Shown here one piece after another: positions 35,577 to 56,900 of a DNA stretch of 64,000 nt. The stretch is from contig NIVC01000633.1 in NCBI GenBank assembly GCA_002269645.1, forward strand, positions 186,001 through 250,000, in the 5' to 3' direction. This DNA is from Macrostomum lignano (Eukaryota). The translations under genes were made by a program, and so were the position numbers. Position 1 is the first letter of the stretch. Every line of letters starts with the position of its first letter. The notes beneath the pieces were generated by a model. It saw only the letters and a list, made by a program, of their open reading frames with translations. It ran no database searches and had not been told where the DNA came from.

Positions 35577-35590
35577 GTTGCCATGGTAAC
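35577..35590. promoter_or_regulatory. X-box (RFX-binding) consensus match GTTGCCATGGTAAC
   Basis: Exact match to the GTNRCC-N(0-3)-RGYAAC consensus; no target gene identified nearby. Confidence 0.4.
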
Positions 35591-35989
35591 CGGATTCCAC
35601 AGTAAGCGCTCCAATGATTTCTTTCTGCTCCACCAAACCAAAGCCGGGCGATCAAACCGCTCAGTGCAGTGCATTGCGGCTCTGCTGGTGTGCACCGCGC
35701 CCCGCCGCTGGCAGTGCGAAATACACGCCTCTGTGGCTGCTCCTTTGTTTCTTCAAGATCGCACCAGACCGTACTGTTTAATTAATCCCTCCAGGGACGC
35801 GTTTTAATTATTCTTCATTTCCTTTGAGGATCCTGGCTGGGGGAGGGGTCTGGGAGAAGTCGCTGCTCTGGTGAGTTTCCACTCCGAGCGGTCTTCTCAA
35901 GCTAATCAAGGCTGAGAAGTACTGCTCGGAGTAACGCGATTTTAATTCCATTGCAATTTTTCTGCGACTAAATATTAGAGCCATCGCTG

Positions 35990-36175
35990 CCAAGGGAGTC
36001 GAGCTCGATTTTGAGCTGTGCACACATCACCCCGGGACTCACCTAGCAGAATGTGCATGCCTGAAGATGACAATTCCAGGGCCACTGAGTCCCTGTGAGA
36101 GTGCGTGTCTGCGTACGGCATCCGTGTGCGTTCCCAAAGGTCAGCGACTGCTGCCTGCGGGCCGACTGGCGCCTT
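35990..36175 (+). mobile_element. Diverged SINE-like copy related to 27733-28101
   Basis: GAGCTCGATTTT (B-box-like) and AGGGCCACTGAGTCCCTGTGAGAGTGCGTGTCTGCGTACGGCATCCG align by eye with AGGGCCGCTGTACACTCCTGTGTGAGTGTGTGCCTGCGTACGTATCCG at ~27926-27973. Confidence 0.5.
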
Positions 36176-36184
36176 GGAATTAAT

Positions 36185-37012
36185 TAGACACCTGCTCCCC
36201 CGAATCTTTATTAGACACCTGCTTTCCCTGAACCTTAGTTGGACACCTGCTCCCCTGAACTTTAGTTGGACACCTGCTCCCCTGAACCTTAATTGAACAC
36301 CTGCTTTCCCTGAACCTTAGTTGGACACCTGCTCCCCTGAACCTTAGTTGGACACCTGCTCCCCTGAACCTTAACTGAACACCTGCTTTCCCTGAACCTT
36401 AGTTGGACACCTGCTCCCCTGAACCTTAGTTGGACACCTGCTTCCCTGAACCTTAGTTGGACACCTGCTTTCCCTGAACCTTAGTTGGACACCTGCTTTC
36501 CCTAAACCTTAATTGAACACCTGCTTTCCCTGAACCTTAGTTGGACACCTGCTCCCCTGAACCTTAATTGAACACCTGCTTTCCCTGAACCTTAGTTGGA
36601 CACCTGCTTTCCTGAACTTTAGTTGGACACCTGCTTCCCTGAACCTTAGTTGGACACCTGCTTCCCTGAACCTTAGTTGGACACCTGCTTTCCTGAACTT
36701 TAGTTGGACACCTGCTTCCCTGAACCTTAGTTGGACACCTGCTCCCCTGAACCTTAATTGAACACCTGCTTTCCCTGAACCTTAGTTGGACACCTGCTTT
36801 CCTGAACTTTAGTTGGACACCTGCTCCCCTGAACCTTAGTTGGACACCTGCTTCCCTGAACCTTAGTTGGACACCTGCTCCCCTGAACCTTAATTGAACA
36901 CCTGCTTTCCCTGAACCTTAGTTGGACACCTGCTCCCCTGAACCTTAGTTGGACACCTGCCCCCCTGAACCTTAGTTGGACACCTGCTTCCCTGAACCTT
37001 CAGCGGACACCC
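36185..37012. repeat. ~27-28-bp minisatellite (GAACCTTAGTTGGACACCTGCTCCCCT)
   Basis: Direct reading. Confidence 0.95.
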
Positions 37013-37644
37013 GTCTCTAAGTTAGGCGGCTTGCGCAGTCAGAGAATGTCGCCAGTTCCCATTGGGAAACTGAGCTGTTAAATGAGCGCACGAACTCAAA
37101 AGCTCACTTCTCAATTCGATGCCGCACCAGAAAAGCTTCGACCGCGAATTAAAAAAACTTGATAAAAGCGGCAGACAATATAAAAAACTGATAAAAACCA
37201 ATATTTCATTTTTACCACACGGCTTTCAACTCAATGCCCGGGGCAGAACGGGACGACAAAACGACGATGCATTGAAAATAAACAAAGAAAATTCTCAACC
37301 TGAACAAAGTAAAGTACGGGAGATATGACGCTTGAATAAAATAATGGATTTCTATTCGGCAAAAATATGATTTCATTCTGGCTGCACCCAGGATTCAAAC
37401 TGCCCTGTAAATATGCATTAACAATAATCCTCTACCAGCTTATGTACACGTGACATTACGCAAACATTGTGACGGCCCTGGTGCTCAGCGTTGTTAATTA
37501 TAAAGCAGTCTAACAAGACAGTAGACAGGATTGAAGCTGCAATGCCCAATACGGTTAACTAGCAGTTGGTGCATGCAAATAAATATCTGCTTTGGTCCTT
37601 CTGCGCCCAGCAGTGCGAATGGAGTATGGCTTCACTTGAGCTGT

Positions 37645-38835
37645 CTATGGCCTAAGCTGTTTCAGTCAAGCTGTCTATGACCCAAAATGTGTCAGTCAAG
37701 CTGTCTATGACCCAAACTGTATGAGTCAAGCACTGTCTATGATCCAAAATGTGTGAGTCAAGCTGTCTATGACCCAAACTGTATGAGTCAAGCGCTGTCT
37801 ATGACCTAAACTCTATGAGTCAAGCGCTGTCTATGACCCAAACTGTATGAGTCAAGCTGTCTATGACCTAAACTCTATGAGTCAAGCGCTGTCTATGACC
37901 CAAACTGTATGAGTCAAGCGCTGTCTATGACACAAACTCTATGAGTCAAGCGCTGTCTATGACACAAAATGTATGAGTCAAGCTGTCTATGACCCAAACT
38001 CTATGAGTCAAGCGCTGTCTATGACACAAAATGTATGAGTCAAGCTGTCTATGACCGAAACTGTGTAGGACTCAAATTGTCTATGACCGAAACTGTGTAG
38101 GACTCAAATTGTCTATGACCCAAACTGTGTAGGACTCAAATTGTCTATGACCCAAACTGTGTAGGACTCAAATTGTCTATGACCCAAACTGTGTAGGACT
38201 CAAATTGTCTATGACCCAAACTGTGTAGGACTCAAATTGTCTATGACCCAAACTGTGTAGGACTCAAATTGTCTATGACCCAAACTGTGTAGGACTCAAA
38301 TTGTCTATGACCCAAACTGTGTAGGACTCAAATTGTCTATGACCCAAACTGTGTAGGACTCAAATTGTCTATGACCCAAACTGTGTAGGACTCAAATTGT
38401 CTATGACCCAAACTGTGTAGGACTCAAATTGTCTATGACCCAAACTGTGTAGGACTCAAATTGTCTATGACCCAAACTGTGTAGGACTCAAATTGTCTAT
38501 GACCCAAACTGTGTAGGACTCAAATTGTCTATGACCCAAACTGTGTAGGACTCAAATTGTCTATGACCCAAACTGTGTAGGACTCAAATTGTCTATGACC
38601 CAAACTGTGTAGGACTCAAATTGTCTATGACCCAAACTGTGTAGGACTCAAATTGTCTATGACCCAAACTGGACTCAAATTGTCTATGACCCAAACTGTG
38701 TAGGACTCAAATTGTCTATGACCCAAACTGTGTAGGACTCAAATTGTCTATGACCCAAACTGGACTCAAATTGTCTATGACCCAAACTGTGTAGGACTCA
38801 AATTGTCTATGACCCAAACTGTGTAGGACTCAAAC
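37645..38835. repeat. ~30-32-bp minisatellite in two sub-blocks (GTCTATGACCCAAACTGTATGAGTCAAGC, then GTCTATGACCCAAACTGTGTAGGACTCAAATT)
   Basis: Direct reading. Confidence 0.95.
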
Positions 38836-39149
38836 TGACGACCCAAATTTCAAGGATTTAAACTGTCAATAACTTATCCATCTTGGATTGCATGCATTAA
38901 TTACATTATCGAACAATCAGATGCTACAAAGCATACAAAATTCAAATCAAACAATATTAGACAATTATAGAAAAGTACAAAACTACTATAAATATAACTA
39001 AAACAGTAAACAGACAAATTATAATACACAGCGATCTGACACAGCTAGATAGAATTAATAATGGGCTGGGCACAAAATCAAAAGTGATAAAAAACAGTTC
39101 AAACGAGTGCAAATTATTTAACTTGAAACAGCAAGACAGTAGCATTTCG

Positions 39150-39625
39150 AGGGAAGGAGATGAGGGAGGGGGTGAGGGAAGGAATTGAGGGAGGGGGTGA
39201 GGGAAGGAATTGAGGGAGGGGTGAGGGAAGGAGATGAGGGAGGGGGTGAGGGAAGGAGATGAGGGAGGGGTGAGGGAAGGAGATGAGGGAGGGGGTGAGA
39301 GGAGATGAGGGAGGGGGTGAGGGAAGGAGATGAGAGAGGGGGTGAGAGGAGATGAGGGAGGGGGTGAGGGAAGGAGATGAGAGAGGGGGTGAGAGGAGAT
39401 GAGGGAGGGGTGAGGGAAGGAGATGAGAGAGGGGGTGAGAGGAGATGAGGGAGGGGGTGAGGGAAGGAGATGAGAGAGGGGGTGAGAGAAGGAGATGAGA
39501 GAAGGAGTGAGGGAAGGAGATGAGGGAGGGGGTGAGGGAAGGAATTGAGAGAGGGGGCGAGGGAAGGAGATAAGAGAGGGGGTGAGAGGAGATGAGGGAG
39601 GGGGTGAGAGGAGATGGATGGGTGA
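39150..39625. repeat. Purine-rich GA repeat (GAGGGAGGGGGTGAGGGAAGGAGAT)
   Basis: Direct reading. Confidence 0.9.
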
Positions 39626-39840
39626 GGGAAGTGAGTGACTGCAAGAATGAGACGAATCGAAGGGTGAGAGTGAGGAAAAGAGAGGAAGAGATGAAGGGGG
39701 GTAAAAGCAGGGGAGCAATGGATGACGAGCTGCGCGAAGTGAATCAGTAAAGCGAATGTCCGGCCAAAGGAGACTCAGCAGGCCTGCAGGCAGGGGCGGC
39801 GGCAGGTCTTCAATACAGCAAGGAGAATCTCAGGCCGACT

Positions 39841-49712
<9,872 letters not shown>

Positions 49713-50918
49713 AGTCGTAAAAGTTTTTTTTGTGCGTTCAATTAAAGCAAGTAAATTACTTGCCTACTTGGTAAATTTTTGAGTGGACTCTGTGTTGTCG
49801 GCTTGTCGCCAGGATCAGAAAAGTATCATTGTTTCTTTGAAAACAAAAATTTAAAAAAACCTCGAAACTAACAAACTTGTGACGTGAAAATTAACTAAGA
49901 AGAAATAGTGAATATAAATATTATTTTCATGTTTTTATGTACTTTTGTTTTTATTAGCATATTGTATTTTTTCTTTTTAGTATCGTTAGCATTTCGCTTG
50001 CCTACTTGACTTGACTTCAAAATATTTTTTATTAAATCCATATGCGGCGACTGCGCACGTACATCTACGACTACGACCCTTCCTTTTTACATGCTAGTAT
50101 TATTTAAGTGCAATTAATTTTTTCGAATGTTGATGAAATAACTTGCGACTAGTATAATCTTCAAATCTTGTAAAATTTATAACTTAGGCAGACATCTATA
50201 CCCTTGCCCTTGTCATTTATTAAGTAAATACTGCATTTGAAAATCTTGAATCATCTGAGGCTTCAGCCTCTAGACTTCAGTCTACCCCTAAATTAATATT
50301 GTGTCTAGGCTTGTCTTTGATATTTTTGCCTAAGATATGTTCGAAGCATAAGTGTTTTGTCTAATGTTTTTAGTGAGAATTACCTTTTTCTTACTTTATA
50401 TATAACATATTGAGCTAAAATTATCTTCGTTTTTTCGTTTTTATCTTATGTTATGTCTAACTTAGTTTATCTTTGTTCTTACTTTTGTCATAACCATTTG
50501 AATTTTATTTAAATTTGTAATTTTTTATTATTATTTTGTTTGTTTTCAAGTTCATATGCAAGTCTAATAAGAGATTTTGTACTTGCTTAGTTTTTTTAAA
50601 GTTCTAGGATTTTTAGTTTTCAATGCTCTAGTTCTTCTTAAGTTTGTTTTTTGTCTAGCACAAAAATTCAGGGGTTTCATTTAATTAAAGCAGTTTTATG
50701 AATACAAGCAACAAGATACTATAAAAATCAAGATTATTTAAGGAAAATTTTAAGTTTATGAAGACCATTGTTCTGCTACTGCTTTTTAAAAACAATGTAG
50801 ACTAATTTTTTTATTTAGAAACTTTCATCAATTGCTTATCTGTTTATAGAATCTGTACACTAATTTACTAACAATCAGCCAAATTGATTAAAAATGATCA
50901 TCCTCGCCTATTCCTCTT

Positions 50919-53900
50919 ATGCCCGATTTGCGCCCATCCTCCCAGGCCTCTGGTGGCAGCGCTAGTGGGCGCCCCAGCAGCCGCCGAAGTCGCCGGAGCA
51001 GCGCTGGCAGTGGCGGCTCGGCCATCTCAACGGACCGAGCCAGCTCTGGGCCAGACGATGCCCAGTCCCGCGTGTTCCTGGCGCTCAAGCAGCGAGGCGA
51101 CGTCGAGCAGCTAAAGGCGCACCTTCGCAAGCGCCTATTTGAAGCCATTCAACAGCAGCAGCAGCTGCCCAAGCAGCAGCTGCCGCGCGAGATGGACGAC
51201 ATCGACAGGGCGGCGGCGACGCTGGTGGCAGAGCACCTGCGCACTGCCGGCTTCCCCTACAGCCTGTCGGTGTTCGTGCCGGAGTCAGGGCTCAGCAGCG
51301 GCGGCCTGCTGGACCGCAACAGCCTGCAGGAGCTGCTGCGCCTGCCGGCGGACGGCGGTTTTCACAGGCGGCTGGTGGCCGCGCCCGATGGTGCCAGCGT
51401 GCTGCGGACGGTGCTGCAGCATCTGGCCGAAGCTGGCGGCGGCGCCGGCGGGGTGAACGCCGGCGTGCAGACGGCGGAGTCGCACCCGGCCGAAGCGCTG
51501 CTGGCGGCCCGCATGGCGGCCATCGACAGCCAGTTCGACCAGCGCGCCAGGCAGCAGAAGCGCCAGCCGGAGTCGTCGGCCGCCTCGGTGGAGGCGGCGC
51601 TGCTGCAGTGCCGGCGGGAGACGGAGGAGCGGATGCGGAAGCAGCTGCAGGCCGACATGCAGCGATTCCGCGAAGGCGAGCTGGCGAAGGTGCGACTGGA
51701 GGAGCGGGTGGCGATGCAGAAGGAGCTGGAGGCCCGGCGCCGGGAGATGGAGGCCGAGTACCGCCTGAGATTCACCCGGCTGGTGGACCGCGAAGGCAGC
51801 TGCGACGATGCGCTGGCCCGGCAGCTGAAGGTACGGCGGGCTCTGCGCTTGCAGTTGCTGCGGTTGCTTGCTGTCCACCTGATCCTTCAGTGATCTGTTC
51901 CAATCATTCAGTGATCCAATTTATTTTTTTCAGTGACCCATTTGAATCTTTCAGTGACCGATTTGAATCTTTTAGTGATTCATTTAGATCTTTCTGTGAC
52001 ACACTTTGATTTTTTCAGTGACCCTCCAAAGACCTTCAGTGATCCTTATTAAGTTATCCTCTCAGATTTCCAGAGATCCCTCAGATGCTAAAGGTTGAGA
52101 ACACGTACTGTGGCTGATATTGTTGCAATTTTGCCGCATTTCCTTCTAGGAGCAAGAGCGGGAGTGCTACCTGCGGCGGCAGACCCTGCTGGAGCAAATC
52201 GACTTAGCCAAGGAGCGGGAGAACCAGCTGCGGCGCGACCGGGAGGCCTGGGAAAGGTTTGCTGCCGCACGGATCCTTTCTTCCCCGATCCCAGTTCATG
52301 CCCTCTTTTATACTCGCTGACGTCCCGTAATCCCCAGTGGTATCCCCTGATCCCCAGTGATGTCCCCTGATCCCCAGTGATGTCCCCTGATCCCCAGTGA
52401 TGTCCCCTGATCCCCAGTGATGTCCCCTGATCCTCAGTGATGTCCCCTGATCCCCAGTGATGTCCCCTGATCCTCAGTGATGTCCCCTGATCCTCAGTGA
52501 TGTCCCCTGATCCCCAGTGATGTCCCCTGATCCTCAGTGATGTCCCCTGATCCTCAGTGATGTCCCCTGATCCCCAGTGATGTCCCCTGATCCTCAGTGA
52601 TGTCCCCTGATCCTCAGTGATGTCCCCTGATCCCCAGTGATGTCCCCTGATCCTCAGTGATGTCCCCTGATCCTCAGTGATGTCCCCTGATCCTCAGTGA
52701 TGTCCCCTGATCCTCAGTGATGTCCCCTGATCCTTAGTGATGTCCCTGATCCCCAGTGACACTAAAGTGCAAATCCTTAATCAATGCTTTGACTCACCTG
52801 CCAATTAACAGAGAGCAGACGGTGCGGCAGGAGCAGCTCCGAGCCCTGGATCAGTCCCTGGTGGACCGCGAGACCAAACTGAAAGCCAGCGAGCTGTCGC
52901 TGGAGACTCGGCTGAAGGACGAGGTGGCCAAGTGAGCCGAGGCGTGCGCTGCGGGAGCTCAGAAAACGAGACAGATATAATGGACTAGATATGGGAGGGA
53001 TAGATATGGGAGAGAGTGGATAGCTATGGGAGAGAGTGGATAGATATGGGAGGGATAGATATGGGAGAGAGTGGATAGATATGGGAGAGAGTGGATAGAT
53101 ATGGGAGAGAGTGGATAGATATGGGAGGGGATAGATATGGGAGAGAGTGGATAGCTATGGGAGAGAGTGGATAGATATGGGAGAGAGTGGATAGATATGG
53201 GAGAGTGGATAGATATGGGAGAGAGTGGATAGATATGGGAGAGTGGATAGCTATGGGAGAGTGGATAGCTATGGGAGAGAGTGGATAGATATGGGAGGGA
53301 TAGATAAGAGAGAGAGAGTGGATAGATATGGGAGAGTGGATAGATATGGGAGGGAGTGGATAGATATGGGAGAGAGTGGATAGCTATGGGAGAGAGTGGA
53401 TAGATATGGGAGAGAGATGGATAGATGTGGATAGATATGAGAGAGTGGATAGATATGGAGAGAGTGGATAGATATGAGAGACAGTGGGTAGATATGGGAG
53501 AGAGTGGATAGATATGAGAGAGAGTGGGTAGATATGGGAGAGTGGATAGATATGGGAGGGAGTGGATAGATATGGGAGAGAGTGGATAGCTATGGGAGAG
53601 AGTGGATAGATATGGGAGAGAGTGGATAGATGTGAGAGAGAGTGGATAGATATGAGAGAGAGTGGATAGATATGAGAGACAGTGGGTAGATATGGGAGAG
53701 AGTGGATAGATATGAGAGAGAGTGGGTAGATATGGGAGAGAGTGGATTGATATAGGAGAGAGTGGATAGATATGGGAGAGAGTGGATAGCTATGGGAGAG
53801 AGTGGATAGATATGGGAGAGAGTGGATAGATATGGGAGAGAGTGGATAGATATGGGAGAGAGTGGATAGATATGAGAGAGAGTGGATAGATATGAGAGAC

Positions 53901-56900
53901 AGTGGGTAGATATGGGAGAGAGTGGATAGATATGAGAGAGAGTGGGTAGATATGGGAGAGAGTGGATTGATATATGAGAGAGTGGATAGATATGGGAGAG
54001 AGTGGATAAATATAGGAGAGAGTGGATAGCTATGGGAGAGAGTGGATAGATATGAGAGAGAGAGTGGTTAGATATGAGAGAGAGTGGATAGATATGGGAG
54101 AGAGTGGATAGATATGGGAGAGAGTGGATAGATATGGAAGAGAGTGGATAGATATGGGAGAGAGTGGATAGATATGAGAGAGAGTGGGTAGATATGAGAG
54201 AGAGTGGATAGATATGGGAGAGAGTGGATAGATATGGGAGAGAGTGGATAGATATGGGAGAGAGTGGATAGATATGAGAGAGAGTGGATAGATATGGGAG
54301 ATAGTGGATTGATATAGGAGAGAGTGGATAGATATGGGAGAGAGTGGATAGATATAGGAGAGAGTGGATAGCTATGGGAGAGAGTGGATAGATATGAGAG
54401 AGAGTGGGTAGATATGAGAGAGAGTGGATAGATATGGGAGAGAGTGGATTGATATAGGAGAGAGTGGATAGATATGAGAGAGTGGATAGATATGAGAGAG
54501 AGAGTGGGTAGATATGAGAGAGAGTGGATAGATATGAGAGAGAGAGTGGGTAGATATGAGAGAGAGTGGGTAGATATGGGAGAGAGTGGATAGATATCGG
54601 AGAGAGTGGATAGATATAGGAGAGAGTGGATAGCTATGGGAGAGAGTGGATAGATATGAGAGAGAGTGGATAGATATGGGGGAGAGTGGATAGCTATGGG
54701 AGAGAGTGGATAGATATGGAGAGAGTGGATGGGATATGAGAGAGTGGATAGATATGGGAGAGAGTGGATTGATATAGGAGAGAGTGGATAGATATGAGAG
54801 AGTGGATAGATATGAGAGAGTGGATAGATATGAGAGAGAGAGTGGGTAGATATGGGAGAGAGTGGGTAGATATGAGAGAGAGTGGATAGATATGGGAGAG
54901 AGTGGATTGATATAGGAGAGAGTGGATAGATATGATAGAGTTGATAGATATGAGAGAGAGTGGGTAGATATGAGAGAGAGTGGATAGATATAGGAGAGAG
55001 TGGATAGCTATGGGAGAGAGTGGATAGATATGGGAGAGAGTGGATTGATATAGGAGAGAGTGGATAGATATGGGAGAGAGTGGATAGATACAAGTATAAA
55101 AAGGTGGCCCCACAAGCAGGAAAGTGGCATTCCACCTCGCCCACCCGCAGGATGAAGCTATCCGAGGAGACGAAGTACTTCCAAAAATGGAAGGAGCTGG
55201 AGCTGCAGGACGCCAGGAACAAAGGTGCGGGTTTATGCGACTCAGCTGTGACTCTCGGTAAGAATTCATCCTCAGTTTACTGATTCGCCGCACCCGTCCC
55301 ATTGCAGAGGAGAGAGCCATCATCGAGCGGGAGCGCGAGGCGTCACGGAAGCTGCGCGAGGACCTGATGCAGCGGCAGTCTCTACTCAACGAGATGGAGG
55401 TAATTTTTTGCTGGAAATCCAGACCATGACGTGCCCAAAAATGTGATGACTTCCTTAATGACTCTATAGCTGATGATTTTGTCTTAAAAACAATGTTCAA
55501 CTTATGCGAATTTCATATCAGCTTTCAGCAGCTCTGCTGTCTGTGGGCAGCGGCTCTGGTTCAAAGGTAACACGAGAGCTCTGCGTTGCTAGGGGCAACC
55601 CGGTGCTGTGTGTTGGTGTCCTTGAGTGTTGGTGTCCTTGTGTTGGTGTCCTTGAGTGTTGGTGTCCTTGTGTGTTGGTGTCCTTGTGTGTTGGTGTCCT
55701 TGAGTATTGGTGTCTTTGTGTGTTGGTGTCCTTGTGTGTTGGTGTCCTTGTGTGTTGGTGTCCTTTTGTGTTGGTGTCCTTGTGTGTTGGTGTCCTTGTG
55801 TGTTGGTGTCCTTGTGTGTTGGTGTCTGTTGTGGGTTGATGGCTTTGCCATAGACATTTTTGTTACGCGACTGCGTTGATGAATTGAACCATGCTATTGA
55901 GTTATGAAATAAATAATAGACGCGTCAGAGGTCAGCAGACCGCTAGACTGACAATTGCTTAAGACTAAAGCCAAAAGCACAACAGTGGCGTCGGCAAGCA
56001 TAGGCTACGAAAATGCCTGGAAGTACGCCAGCATCGCCAACTAAAGGAGTTGGTAAAACGGTTTCGAGCGACAAAGCACCACCGCTTGCGATCTCGTCGA
56101 AATCAGTCCAAGCGACAAAGTCGGCAACAGCGACAGCGCAGAACCCAAGCGCACAAGTATCGAGAGGACAGCAAGTTGACATCGAAAAACTCGATGAAAG
56201 TTCGAACTTCCAGAGGTGGTTGGACCGATTCACACTGTGCAGCGAACTCAACGGCTGGCAGGACGACACGAAAAACAAGCTGCTGCTGATGAAGCTCAGC
56301 ACCAAGCTGTACGACGCATTGGCAGATCGAGCCGCTCCCAAGAAGCCGGGAGAAAAGAGCTTCGATGAACTGACCAAACTACTGGCCAGCATCCTGGAAC
56401 CAAAGACGTTCGTCATGGCTGAGAGATTCAATTTCCAGCATATCACTCGCACGGCATCAATGAGCATTCGTGAGTATGCACAGCAACTCTGCATGCAAGC
56501 AGACAAGTGTCAGTTTGGCCTATCCAGAGATGAGAGACTGAGAGATCAGCTCGTATTCGGTTTGAATGACAAGGTGGCCATCAGCAAGTTATTGGAACAG
56601 GACTTCAGCACTCTCACGTTTGAGACAGCTATCAGCATCGCTGAGGCGCACCAGAACCTATCACAAACGCAAATACTAAAGGGTTGCACCAGTCAGCCGC
56701 AGTCTTCTGAAGTAATGAAAATTTCAGCATCGGTGGCCAGAGGCTCCCACTCTACAAGCTCCAAGTGTGGCAGATGTGGCACAATGCATGGCTCCAATGG
56801 AGGGTGTCCTGCGAAAGGAAAAACGTGCAACAAATGTGGCATGCAAAACCACTTCGCAACAGTTTGCAAAACGAAATCAACTGGTTTTGGCAAAGGCCGA

